A stretch of 64,000 nt of DNA. Origin: a virus (taxonomy: Duplodnaviria; Caudoviricetes). The stretch's first letter is position 1. Each line of letters opens with the position of its first letter. Position numbers and translations under genes: made by a program. Below, one piece after another: positions 18,033 to 27,905 of this stretch. Under the pieces are notes generated by a model. That model was not told the origin of the DNA and did no database searches. It saw nothing but the letters and a program-made list of their open reading frames with translations. The stretch is from positions 605 through 64,604 of the IMG/VR virus record IMGVR_UViG_3300028025_001913; one strand, written 5' to 3'.

Positions 18033-19916
18033 ATGACAATATCTCGTAACTTATCTATTTTAGCTGACGGAGTAAGTGCTTCTGGTGTGCTTGATGTAGC
18101 TAGTGGCGGTACAGGCGTAACGGTTTCTTCAGGCGCTAGTTCGGTTATGTTGCGGGATACTAACCAGAACGTAGCTATTAATAGACTTAACCAAGCAAAT
18201 ACAAATACAGCGGCTGCTGGTGGCGTAACTACATTAACTGCGGCTTCTGCTTATTCACAGACTTTAACAGGTACGGGCGCTCAGACTTACAGGATGCCTG
18301 ATGCAACTACCCTTTCTACAGGTGTAGCTTTTATATTTAACAATAACGCTACCGGCACATTAACACTTCAAGATAGCGCATCTGGCGCAATTGGTACTAT
18401 TACAGCTGGTGGTGCAGTTGAGCTAATTTGTGTGTCTACAGCAACTGTGGCTGGAACATGGGATTACCACGGGTTCTTACCTGAGAACGTCACTTGGGGC
18501 ACAAACGCTTTAGCTATGGGTTCTACTGTAGTTACAGGCGGTACATGGCAAGGTGGGACAATCGCTTCTGCTTATGGTGGTACAGGACTAACTACATTTA
18601 CTGCGGCTAATAATGCTCTTTACTCTACATCCGCTAGTGCGTTAGTTGCTGGTACTTTACCTGCCGCTGCTGGTGGCACAGGTCAATCTTCTTATGCGGT
18701 GGGTGATGTACTGTACGCATCTACTACAACTGCCCTTTCTAAACTAGCAGACGTAGCTACAGGAAATGCTTTAATTTCGGGCGGTGTTGGAGTAGCTCCT
18801 AGTTACGGAAAAATTGGTTTAACGACACATGTATCGGGTACTTTACCTGTTGGTAATGGTGGTACAGGAGTTGCAACACTTACATCAAATGGTGTGTTAT
18901 ACGGCAACGGTACATCCGCTGCTGGCATAACCGCTGCTGGCACAACAGGTCAAGTTCTTATAGCTACAACAAGTGGCGCTCCATCTTGGGGTTCGGTACC
19001 TACTACTGCCGCAGTAACCTCAATTACTTTTGGTACAACAGGTTTAACTCCAGCAACTGCAACAACAGGTGCGGTAACTGTAGCAGGTACTTTAGCCGTA
19101 GCCAATGGTGGTACAGGTGTAACTACATCTACTGGTTCTGGAAGCAATGTATTAAGCACTTCACCTACTTTAGTATCCCCAGCTCTTGGAACACCTACTG
19201 CGCTAGTAGGTACAAATATTACTGGAACAGCTTCAGGGTTATCTATCGGTGGTAATGCAGCAACTGCTACATTAGCAGCAAATACATCATCTATTAGTAG
19301 TGCAACTGGCGGAGCATATACTTGGACGGCAGCTAATTTCTTTCAGTCAAATTCAAACACTGGTACTACTACTGGTGGTACACCATTACAAGCGTATTCA
19401 ACTAGTAGCCTTGGAGCAATTATGTCGTTCCATCGTGCTGGTGTTTATGCCGTTAATATGGGTCTTGACTCAGACAACGTATTCCGCATAGGTGGTTGGT
19501 CTGCCCCAGCAAATCTGCTTCAGATGACAATGGGTGGTGCACTCACAATGGCATCGTCTGTAACCGCAACTTCATTTAGCGGTGCTGGTACAGGTCTAAC
19601 AGGAACCGCATCTTCTTTATCTATTGGCGGTAACGCAGCTACAGCCACAACTGCGGCTAACGGTGGAGTAACTTCTATTGTTGCTGGTACTAACGTAACA
19701 ATTTCAGGGGCTACTGGCGCAGTAACTATTAACGCTACAGCAGGTACAGCAACGGCTGTGACATTACCTTCGACCAATCCGTTTGTACAAAATGCTACTA
19801 CGTTGTCAGCTAACTTAACTATTTCAACCAATAACGCAATGGCAGCTGGTCCAATTACTATTAATACAGGCGTAACTCTAACTGTTTCTACCGGCTCTAG
19901 GGTGGTAATTGTATAA
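18033..19916 (+). CDS. tail fibre protein
   Basis: repeated LxVxxGGTG motifs; G/T/A-rich. Confidence 0.75.
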   Translation: MTISRNLSILADGVSASGVLDVASGGTGVTVSSGASSVMLRDTNQNVAINRLNQANTNTAAAGGVTTLTAASAYSQTLTGTGAQTYRMPDATTLSTGVAFIFNNNATGTLTLQDSASGAIGTITAGGAVELICVSTATVAGTWDYHGFLPENVTWGTNALAMGSTVVTGGTWQGGTIASAYGGTGLTTFTAANNALYSTSASALVAGTLPAAAGGTGQSSYAVGDVLYASTTTALSKLADVATGNALISGGVGVAPSYGKIGLTTHVSGTLPVGNGGTGVATLTSNGVLYGNGTSAAGITAAGTTGQVLIATTSGAPSWGSVPTTAAVTSITFGTTGLTPATATTGAVTVAGTLAVANGGTGVTTSTGSGSNVLSTSPTLVSPALGTPTALVGTNITGTASGLSIGGNAATATLAANTSSISSATGGAYTWTAANFFQSNSNTGTTTGGTPLQAYSTSSLGAIMSFHRAGVYAVNMGLDSDNVFRIGGWSAPANLLQMTMGGALTMASSVTATSFSGAGTGLTGTASSLSIGGNAATATTAANGGVTSIVAGTNVTISGATGAVTINATAGTATAVTLPSTNPFVQNATTLSANLTISTNNAMAAGPITINTGVTLTVSTGSRVVIV

Positions 19917-20824
19917 TGTTTGGCATATCTGCCTTTGCCCAAACAACCTTTGCCGGTTTGGCTGGAGGGGCAAACTTTATTTTTAGTGTTGATGAAAATA
20001 TTGGAGTGGCTGACTCTAGTACTCAGCTTTCTGTTTTTTTACAAAACCAGATTGAAAACATTATTGTAGATGATGTAGATAATGACGCAGGTCTTAATTA
20101 TTTTGGTAGTGCTACAGAAACAATAGCATTTGACGACTCAAGTACCGCCCCTGCTCAGTTTGCTCAATCTATTACAGAAGACTCAACATTAGATAATTCC
20201 CAAGAAATATCTGCCCAGTTTAATCCTAGTATTGCAGAAAACATCACAATAGAAGATTCTCAAGTAGTCTTTACTGCTATGTTACAAACAGACACCGAGC
20301 CATTTACTATGGCGGACTCAAATACTCAACAATCTGCTTTTGTTCAGACCCGTACAGAAGATTTTACATCAGAGGATAATATAGCAATAACAGCCCAGTT
20401 TATTGCAAGTATTACTGAAAACTTTACACCAGAGTCCTTACAGGACCTAACAGCCCAATTTGTGCAAAGTATTTCCGAAGCAATTACTGTTGAAAGCGTG
20501 CAGGACGCCATTCTTGAGTTTTATTTAAGTATTACCGAGAATATAACCGTAGATAACGCCCAAACAATAACTGCTCAATTTGTGCAAGCTATATCTGAAG
20601 CTGTTACTATGGCGGATTCTAGTACCCAGCAGTCTGCGTTTTTACAGTCAATAGTTGAGACTTTTGTTCTTTTAGATAGCACTTTTGTTACTGGATGGAT
20701 TACAATAAACGATGACCAAACAATAACTTGGAGTCAAGTTAACAATACTCAAGCTGATAGTTGGACGGAAGTTAATAATGCCCATACTAATGGCTGGACA
20801 GAAATAAATAATTTTCAGGGATAA
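19916..20824 (+). CDS. acidic repeat tail-associated protein
   Basis: MFGISAFAQTTFA start, ~21-aa repeats (AQFxQSIxE), C-terminal W repeats. Confidence 0.6.
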   Translation: MFGISAFAQTTFAGLAGGANFIFSVDENIGVADSSTQLSVFLQNQIENIIVDDVDNDAGLNYFGSATETIAFDDSSTAPAQFAQSITEDSTLDNSQEISAQFNPSIAENITIEDSQVVFTAMLQTDTEPFTMADSNTQQSAFVQTRTEDFTSEDNIAITAQFIASITENFTPESLQDLTAQFVQSISEAITVESVQDAILEFYLSITENITVDNAQTITAQFVQAISEAVTMADSSTQQSAFLQSIVETFVLLDSTFVTGWITINDDQTITWSQVNNTQADSWTEVNNAHTNGWTEINNFQG

Positions 20825-20827
20825 ATT

Positions 20828-22270
20828 ATGGCAACGTATTCAACCTCATTAAAACTAACCTTAATAGGTGATGGCGAGCAAACCGGTACTTGGGGTCAAA
20901 CTACCAATACTAACTTAGGTACTTTACTTGAACAGGCTATTGTTGGGCAGACTACCATTACAATGGCTAATGCCGACTACACCTTAACAAACTTAAATGG
21001 TGCTACGGACGAGGCAAGAAACGCAGTAATTATAGTTACAGGCAATCAAAATGCTACATATAGTGTAATAGTTCCAGCTGTTCCAAAGCTTTACATGGTA
21101 ACTAATAGTTTAAGTAGCTCTGCTATAGCCTATATCAAACCTTCAGGCGGCTCAACCATTCAAGTTCCTAACGGACGGACAATGTATTTGTACTGTACCG
21201 GTACCGCATTTGTTGCTTTAGATTATGCGGCATACGCTCAAAACATTGTATCTGGCGGAACTATTACCACAGGCGCTATTAACTGTACGTCTCTTACAAG
21301 CTCAGGCGCAGTATCTGGCACAACAATAGGCGGTACAACAATAACCGCAGCTACTCAATTCACTGGTCCGGGTACAGGTCTTACTGGCACAGCCGCTAGT
21401 TTAACTGCTGGTAATGCAACTACAGCCGCAACAGTATCAACTACCGTAGCAAGCGGAGCAGTTGGCACAACTCAGACTGCTGGGGATAACTCAACAAAAA
21501 TAGCAACTACCGCTTATGTAGCTACAGCTGTAACTAACGCTACAGGTTCTTTGGGAACAATGTCTACCCAGAACGCTAATAACGTAGCTATTACTGGCGG
21601 AACTATAAATGGTGTTACAGGTACAAATGCTGGTATGACCGTAGGTACGGCTACAACAGCTACAACAGCTACAACAGCTACAACAGCCACAACAGCCACA
21701 ACAGCTACTACAGCTAACGCCCTTAATACTTCTAACGCATATCAAGGTACTACGTTTACTGCAACTACACAGTTTTCAGGTCCGGGCACAGGGCTTACTG
21801 GTACTGCCGCAAGTCTATCTATTGGCGGTAATGCGTCAACAGCTACTACAGCCACAAACGTATCAGGGACTGTAGCAATTGCAAATGGCGGTACAGGGTT
21901 AACTTCTGCTGGCACATCTGGGTATGTGTTAGCTTCTACTGGCTCTGCGTTAGCATATAAAAAACTAGGTCTTGGTATTACTGGCGAAGTTTGGAATAGT
22001 GTTACAGGTAGCCGAAGCTTAAGTACTACTTATACAAATAGCAATGCTTATCCAATTATGGTTAGTGTTATTGTAGCTGGTAATGGTAATATTACAGTTT
22101 CTGGAACGCTAACAATAGGCAGTATTACTGTAGCTACTGGGCTTCAAGCTGTTGGTGGCAATCAAGGAACAACTACCACTATAACACTCCCCGGAATTGT
22201 TCCGCCCGGAGTTACATATAGCGTTACTACATCTAATGCTTCAATATCTTCTTGGTCAGAACTTTATTAA
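20828..22270 (+). CDS. tail fibre protein
   Basis: GEQTGTWGQTTNTN N-domain, DNSTKIATTAYV, LGTMSTQNANNVAITGG, C-terminal YTNSNAYPI tip. Confidence 0.75.
   Translation: MATYSTSLKLTLIGDGEQTGTWGQTTNTNLGTLLEQAIVGQTTITMANADYTLTNLNGATDEARNAVIIVTGNQNATYSVIVPAVPKLYMVTNSLSSSAIAYIKPSGGSTIQVPNGRTMYLYCTGTAFVALDYAAYAQNIVSGGTITTGAINCTSLTSSGAVSGTTIGGTTITAATQFTGPGTGLTGTAASLTAGNATTAATVSTTVASGAVGTTQTAGDNSTKIATTAYVATAVTNATGSLGTMSTQNANNVAITGGTINGVTGTNAGMTVGTATTATTATTATTATTATTATTANALNTSNAYQGTTFTATTQFSGPGTGLTGTAASLSIGGNASTATTATNVSGTVAIANGGTGLTSAGTSGYVLASTGSALAYKKLGLGITGEVWNSVTGSRSLSTTYTNSNAYPIMVSVIVAGNGNITVSGTLTIGSITVATGLQAVGGNQGTTTTITLPGIVPPGVTYSVTTSNASISSWSELY
21650..21712 (+). repeat. 9-bp tandem repeat x7 encoding Ala-Thr-Thr
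   Basis: GCTACAACA x4, GCCACAACA x2, GCTACTACA. Confidence 0.9.
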
Positions 22271-22300
22271 TTTATGTGTGAAACAGCATAAGGAAAAATT

Positions 22301-22687
22301 ATGGCAGGTTCATTAGTAATAAGCACACTAAATAACGATACTGGGGTATTGGCTACTCAGAATGGCATGACGGGTATTGCTAAAGCGTGGGTTAATTATA
22401 ACGGGGCAACACAAACTATTAATGCTTCTTTTAATGTTTCTTCAGTTACTAGAAGTAGCGCCGGCAGATATGTAGTTAATTTTACAACGGCTATGTCTAA
22501 TGCTAATTATGCAACTCAGGCGTTAGCCCGAAGAAGTGGTAATAATGCAGACATAAACACAGCACTTACAGGGGTGTCAGAAGGTGGTGTATATACAACT
22601 GCTTCGGTTAGTATTACAACTGCAACTGCAACTGGGTATGCAGTAGTTGAGGCTGACATATTATGTGTATCAGTAGATGGAACTTAA
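22301..22687 (+). CDS. AWVNF-family protein, paralogue 2
   Basis: AKAWVNYNG...NVSSVTRSSAGRYVVNFT. Confidence 0.65.
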   Translation: MAGSLVISTLNNDTGVLATQNGMTGIAKAWVNYNGATQTINASFNVSSVTRSSAGRYVVNFTTAMSNANYATQALARRSGNNADINTALTGVSEGGVYTTASVSITTATATGYAVVEADILCVSVDGT

Positions 22688-22697
22688 AGGATAACTC

Positions 22698-23093
22698 ATG
22701 GCAGGGACAATCGTAGCGGATACAGTACAAAACGGTGTTGGTGCAAGTACGTCAATGACTAATGTGGTCAGCGGGGCTTGCGTTGCTTGGGTAAATTTTT
22801 ATGGGGTTACTACAACATCAATATATGCGTCTTATAATGTTTCTTCTATAACTAGAAATGGCGCTGGGGATTATACGGTAAACTTTACTAACGCCCTTAC
22901 TGACGCAAACTATGCGGTAGCATTAATGGGAACAGTAGATATAGCAAATGCGGGATTACAATATTTTACGGGTATTAGAGCGTCTAGTGGCGTGCCGCAA
23001 ACAAAAACGTCATCTGCTCTACGCATAGCAACTTTTTCATCAAGTACAGCATCGGTTGATTCACAAAATGAAAGCGTAATTATTCACAGATAA
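22698..23093 (+). CDS. AWVNF-family protein, paralogue 3
   Basis: AWVNFYG...NVSSITRNGAGDYTVNFT. Confidence 0.65.
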   Translation: MAGTIVADTVQNGVGASTSMTNVVSGACVAWVNFYGVTTTSIYASYNVSSITRNGAGDYTVNFTNALTDANYAVALMGTVDIANAGLQYFTGIRASSGVPQTKTSSALRIATFSSSTASVDSQNESVIIHR

Positions 23094-23112
23094 TTTTTAA
23101 AAGGATTTTAAA

Positions 23113-23523
23113 ATGGCACAAGTAATTATATTTACAAACGACAATGGCGGTGTATCAGTTTGCACACCTACCGGAGAATTATCTATTGAAACTGTACAAG
23201 AAAAAGATACTCCGGCTGGTTCAATTATTGTAGACTCATCCATACTGCCAAATTCTGATAATGACTTCTTTAATGCTTGGGAGTTAAGTGGCTCTACTGT
23301 ATCAGTCAATATTTCCAAGGCTAAAGAAATTACTAAAGCAAGACTACGAGCAGAAAGAGAGCCATTGTTACAAGCTCAAGATGTTTTATTTCAAAGAGCC
23401 TTAGAAACTGCCTCTGATACAACTGCAATTGTGGCTGAAAAGCAAAGACTAAGAGATATTACTAACCAAGTTGATTCAGCAACAACTACTGCGCAACTTC
23501 GTGGGATGAAAGTAGAGGCTTAA
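23113..23523 (+). CDS. tail fibre assembly chaperone (putative)
   Basis: LRAEREPLL..QDV...KQRLRDIT. Confidence 0.65.
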   Translation: MAQVIIFTNDNGGVSVCTPTGELSIETVQEKDTPAGSIIVDSSILPNSDNDFFNAWELSGSTVSVNISKAKEITKARLRAEREPLLQAQDVLFQRALETASDTTAIVAEKQRLRDITNQVDSATTTAQLRGMKVEA

Positions 23524-23524
23524 T

Positions 23525-24010
23525 ATGGCTGTTTCTTTGTATGGTAGTGGACAAACAATAGTTCAAGTTGTTCAAGTAACTAAACTTGATAGGTTTTCTA
23601 CAACAAGTACGTCATATACTGCCATTACTGGAATGTCGGCATCTATTACTCCATTTAGTACATCTAATAAAATTTTAGTAATGGTTGATATGAAAGGTGG
23701 GGCAGCAAATTCTTCAGGTGGCGGTGTTCAGTTATTAAGAGGCGGTTCAGCTATTTATACACCAGCCGCTCAAGGCTCAAGAAGGTTAGCAAGTCTATCT
23801 AGTGGGTATGATGTAAATACGTCTACAGTTGCACAAATGTCAGCAGTTTTTTTAGATTCTCCTGCTACAACAGCAGCAACAACTTATTCTTTACAATGCG
23901 TTACTAATGGTGGTACTTTTGGCGTAAATAGTTCTTCCGCTTATACAGATTCAACAGATAATATGGCTACTGTAAGTTCAATTACTTTAATGGAGGTAGC
24001 ATATGCTTGA
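23525..24010 (+). CDS. tail-fibre-related protein
   Basis: IVQVVQ...SITPFSTSNKILV...LDSPATT...ITLMEV. Confidence 0.6.
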   Translation: MAVSLYGSGQTIVQVVQVTKLDRFSTTSTSYTAITGMSASITPFSTSNKILVMVDMKGGAANSSGGGVQLLRGGSAIYTPAAQGSRRLASLSSGYDVNTSTVAQMSAVFLDSPATTAATTYSLQCVTNGGTFGVNSSSAYTDSTDNMATVSSITLMEVAYA

Positions 24011-24260
24011 TTATCATTTAATACTTAGAATAAATTATTTAGACAAACAATGGTCAATGAATGGCGATGATTATGAAGGTTTAAATTGGTTAGATTCTTC
24101 ACCAAAACCAACTCAAGAAGAATTAGATGTTTTATGGGAATCTACACAAGCAGCAATAACCGCACAAGCCGCACAAGCACAAGCAACAAAAAATTCTGCG
24201 TTAGCTAAACTAGCGGCACTTGGATTAACCCAAGATGAAGTTAAAGCACTACTAGGATAG
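24003..24260 (+). CDS. small fibre chaperone-like protein
   Basis: W..PKPTQEEL, KLAALGLT. Confidence 0.55.
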   Translation: MLDYHLILRINYLDKQWSMNGDDYEGLNWLDSSPKPTQEELDVLWESTQAAITAQAAQAQATKNSALAKLAALGLTQDEVKALLG

Positions 24261-24261
24261 T

Positions 24262-24408
24262 ATGGATTTGTTAGATACAATCTCTAAGATGTCTAGCCTT
24301 TTGATAGCGTTTGTTACGTTGGTTATTGTATTGGCTAAGATGCACAATCAAATTGCTGTTCTTGAGGAAAAAGTAAAAGCTTTATTTGACTTGGTAAACA
24401 AAAAATGA
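24262..24408 (+). CDS. small membrane protein (48 aa, not in ORF track)
   Basis: MDLLDTISKMSSLLIAFVTLVIVLAKMHNQIAVLEEKVKALF...; fills the gap, ATGA overlap. Confidence 0.6.
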   Translation: MDLLDTISKMSSLLIAFVTLVIVLAKMHNQIAVLEEKVKALFDLVNKK

Positions 24409-24668
24409 ATATACAAGACATTTTAAAAGCAGTTTTACCTGTCATAGTGGCGGCACTTGCTTGGTTACTTGGTCAAGTGTCTGACTTCTCTACACGGCTG
24501 ACTAAGATTGAAGGGCAGATGCCAGCACTAATTACTAAAGAAAACGTGCCGACTGACTCACCACTTTCAGCCGAAAAGCGCCATGCAATGAAAGAAGAAA
24601 TTTATCGAGATATTCACCAGCTACAGGTTAAAGTGCAGTTACTTGAAGAAAGAGAAAAGAGGAAATAA
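24405..24668 (+). CDS. membrane-anchored protein of the lysis region
   Basis: N-terminal TM plus coiled coil. Confidence 0.6.
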   Translation: MNIQDILKAVLPVIVAALAWLLGQVSDFSTRLTKIEGQMPALITKENVPTDSPLSAEKRHAMKEEIYRDIHQLQVKVQLLEEREKRK

Positions 24669-25066
24669 TGTTAGGACTCGATGCAATACTAAATATTGGT
24701 GGTAAGTTAATTGATAAGCTGATACCCGACCCGGAAGCTAAGGCTAAAGCACAGCTAGAATTAGCAACATTAGCCCAAAACGGAGAGTTGGCTCAGTTAC
24801 AAGCAGATGTAAGCGAGCAACAAGAACTGACTAAACGGGTTCAAGCCGACATGATGTCAGACTCTTGGCTATCTAAGAACATTCGCCCAATGACGCTAGT
24901 ATTTATCTTGGTAACTTACACTACTTTTGGTATGATGTCTGCATGGGATGTTGAGGTAAACAATAACTATGTTGAGCTGCTAGGTCAGTGGGGTATGCTC
25001 ATTATGTCCTTTTACTTTGGCGGCAGGACCCTCGAGAAAATCATGGATATGAAAGGTAAAAAATGA
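24668..25066 (+). CDS. holin (GTA 3TM-holin-like)
   Basis: DSWLSKNIRP...FYFGGRTLEK; precedes endolysin. Confidence 0.75.
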   Translation: MLGLDAILNIGGKLIDKLIPDPEAKAKAQLELATLAQNGELAQLQADVSEQQELTKRVQADMMSDSWLSKNIRPMTLVFILVTYTTFGMMSAWDVEVNNNYVELLGQWGMLIMSFYFGGRTLEKIMDMKGKK

Positions 25067-25509
25067 ATCTAACTGCTCACTTTACCCTTGATGAATTAAC
25101 ACATACTGACCACCGCACGTTAGATAACACACCAAATGATGATGAACTTAAAAACCTCACCCGTCTTGCAGAGTTTTTGGAGCAAGTTAAAACACTTTTG
25201 GGAAACAAGCCCATTATGGTTAATAGTGCTTTCCGCTCTAAACTGGTTAATGATGCTGTTGGTTCTAAAGATACTAGTCAGCATCGGATTGGTTGCGCTG
25301 CCGACATAAGAGTTCCGGGCGTAACTCCGGATGAAGTTGTGCAAGCCGTAATTGCTTCAGACTTAGCGTATGACCAGATTATCCGTGAGTTTGACAGATG
25401 GACTCACATTAGTATCCCTAATTCTATTCATAACTCACCCCGTAAACAAGCGTTAATTATTGACAAACAGGGAACTCGGTTGTATGCCACTGCAAAAACT
25501 ACAGTTTAA
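25063..25509 (+). CDS. endolysin, peptidase M15 family
   Basis: HFTLDEL, SAFRS, SQHRIGCAAD, WTHIS. Confidence 0.85.
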   Translation: MNLTAHFTLDELTHTDHRTLDNTPNDDELKNLTRLAEFLEQVKTLLGNKPIMVNSAFRSKLVNDAVGSKDTSQHRIGCAADIRVPGVTPDEVVQAVIASDLAYDQIIREFDRWTHISIPNSIHNSPRKQALIIDKQGTRLYATAKTTV

Positions 25510-27577
25510 ACCCGGAATTAATCGAGAGGGTACTAACTACTCTAATGAGGGTGGCTGGTATGACTGCGACAAGATTCGGTTCCGTTCAGGCTTTCCTGAA
25601 AAAATAGGTGGTTGGTCACAACAAAATACAGCTCAGTTTTTAGGTACGGCTCGTTCTTTATGGACTTGGGTTGACTTAGCTGGTAACAACTATATAGGCG
25701 TTGGGACTAACCTTAAGTACTATATTCAGCTTGGTAGCTATTATGATATAACACCTATTATTACAACTAGCACTTTAGTTAATAAATGCGCCACGGCTTT
25801 TTCTACACTTAATGGTGGTATTACAGCTACTGCTACGTCCTTAGTTCTTACTTCTGCCGCAAGCTTTCCTACAACAGGCGGTATTATACGGATTGATTCT
25901 GAAGATATTTCTTACACAGGTGTAAGTACTAATACATTAACAGGTCTAGTTCGTGGTATAAACGGCACAACTGCCGCTATTCATAACACAGGCGCTAACG
26001 TAGGCGCATATACAGTAACCATAACCGATGTTGGTTATAACCCTTTTGCTGGGGATTACTTAACTATTACAGGTGGTTCGGCTTTTGGTGGCATTACACT
26101 TAGCGGTGAGTATGTTGTTACTGGGGTACCTACTTCTACTACCTATACAATTACTGCGGCTACATTTGCTACTTCTCAAGTAAGTGCTACGGGGGGTACT
26201 ATTGTTGTTGCCTATCAACTTCCTGTAGGTACAAACATAGCTACGTTTGGTACAGGTTGGGGTACGGGTGGATGGAGCCGAGGTTCATGGGGTTCTGGCT
26301 ATTCTTCTGTATTAAGTGCGCAATTACGCCTTTGGTCTAATGATAACTATGGGCAAAACTTATTTATTGCCCCCCGTACTGGCGCTGTATATTATTGGTT
26401 AGCTGCTGGTGGTACAGGTACAAGAGCGCAACCGTTAGATACTTTGGCTACTGCGGCTGGAGAAGACGGCACTTATGTACCTAACAATACGTTGCAAGTA
26501 TTAACTGCGCCTATTCAACAATTTGTTATTTGTATGGGGGCAAACCCATATGTTTCTGGTACTCCTAATACAACATTTAATCCGCTACTTGTACGCTGGT
26601 CTGACCAAGCAAATGAATATCAATGGGTGCCAGAAGTAACTAATCAGTCAGGTGAGTTTGCGTTGTCTAATGGCTCAGAGATTATTGGTGCTAAATCAAC
26701 ACGACAAGAAATACTTATTTGGACAGATACCGCCCTGTATTCAATGCAATACTTAGGCGCTCCATATGTTTGGGGTTTTCAAATGCTAATGGACAACTTG
26801 TCTATTATGTCGCCTAATGCCATGATTACAGTCAATAACGTAACGTACTGGATGGGGCGTGATAAGTTCTATATGTATACAGGTCGAGTAGAAACCCTAC
26901 CTTGTACCATCCGTCAGTATGTTTTCCAAGACGTTAACTTAGACCAGAATTATCAAATATTTGCGGCTTCTAACGAGGGGTATAACGAAGTCTGGTGGTT
27001 CTATGTAAGTAACGATACTGAAGGTAGTACGGTTATAGACAAGTATGTTATTTTTAATTACTTAGACCAAGTTTGGTATTTTGGTTCTATGTCCAGAACT
27101 GCTTGGTTAGATTCTAGTTTACAGTCTTACCCAATTGCTACTGACTATAACAACAGGATTCTTTTCCATGAGAGCAGTGTAAACGACAACGCAACTTCAG
27201 CTACTTTACCAATAACAGCGTACATACAATCTTCTGACTTTGATATTGGCGATGGGCATAACTTTGGTTTTGTATGGCGGATTCTGCCTGACCTTAATTT
27301 TAACGGCTCTAATGTTGACTCCCCGTCTGTAACAATGACTGTAAAACCTAGAGTTAACTCTGGTACGCCTTATGGTGCGGCTAATAACCCAACTGTACAA
27401 AGCTCTAACGTCTACAGCAACACACAGAACTTCTATAACATTCAAGAGTTTACTGGACAGGTTTATACCCGCATTCGTGGTAGACAGATGGCGTTTAAGA
27501 TTGAGTCAAACACCGTTGGGGTGGCTTGGCAACTAGGTGCGCCTCGTATTGATATTAGACCTGACGGCAGAAGATAA
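25484..27577 (+). CDS. tail nozzle / DNA-stabilisation protein (P22 gp10-like)
   Basis: PGINRE, KIGGW, VRWSDQ, EVWWFY, RTAWLD, RGRQ; follows lysis genes. Confidence 0.65.
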   Translation: MPLQKLQFKPGINREGTNYSNEGGWYDCDKIRFRSGFPEKIGGWSQQNTAQFLGTARSLWTWVDLAGNNYIGVGTNLKYYIQLGSYYDITPIITTSTLVNKCATAFSTLNGGITATATSLVLTSAASFPTTGGIIRIDSEDISYTGVSTNTLTGLVRGINGTTAAIHNTGANVGAYTVTITDVGYNPFAGDYLTITGGSAFGGITLSGEYVVTGVPTSTTYTITAATFATSQVSATGGTIVVAYQLPVGTNIATFGTGWGTGGWSRGSWGSGYSSVLSAQLRLWSNDNYGQNLFIAPRTGAVYYWLAAGGTGTRAQPLDTLATAAGEDGTYVPNNTLQVLTAPIQQFVICMGANPYVSGTPNTTFNPLLVRWSDQANEYQWVPEVTNQSGEFALSNGSEIIGAKSTRQEILIWTDTALYSMQYLGAPYVWGFQMLMDNLSIMSPNAMITVNNVTYWMGRDKFYMYTGRVETLPCTIRQYVFQDVNLDQNYQIFAASNEGYNEVWWFYVSNDTEGSTVIDKYVIFNYLDQVWYFGSMSRTAWLDSSLQSYPIATDYNNRILFHESSVNDNATSATLPITAYIQSSDFDIGDGHNFGFVWRILPDLNFNGSNVDSPSVTMTVKPRVNSGTPYGAANNPTVQSSNVYSNTQNFYNIQEFTGQVYTRIRGRQMAFKIESNTVGVAWQLGAPRIDIRPDGRR

Positions 27578-27870
27578 TGGTTACTCCTAATAAAACGATA
27601 CGCCCATTACCGTTAAAAGCCCCGAACTTACCTATTGGTCCGCTTAACTATAATCAAGAATACATAAACCAGTTGCTCAACGTATTGCGGCTTTACTTTA
27701 CTCAGGTAGATAACTTTTCTTTATCTTCATCTACACCTAATTCTGGAACAACAGCAAGTAGACCAACTGAGTATCTTTCTGTAGGACAGTTTTACTATGA
27801 CACAACGCTTGTAAAACCAATTTATTGGAACGGAACTGTATGGAAAGATTCCGCCGGAACAACGGTTTAA
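27577..27870 (+). CDS. hypothetical virion protein
   Basis: APNLP...LRLYF; YYDTTL.KPIYWNG. Confidence 0.65.
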   Translation: MVTPNKTIRPLPLKAPNLPIGPLNYNQEYINQLLNVLRLYFTQVDNFSLSSSTPNSGTTASRPTEYLSVGQFYYDTTLVKPIYWNGTVWKDSAGTTV

Positions 27871-27905
27871 TATGATACTATATGAGAAATTAAACGAGGT
27901 CTAAT

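Noticed and set aside
16298-24260. Diversity-generating retroelement or invertible tail cassette
   Set aside because: No reverse transcriptase or recombinase; the paralogues differ at all bases, not only adenines.
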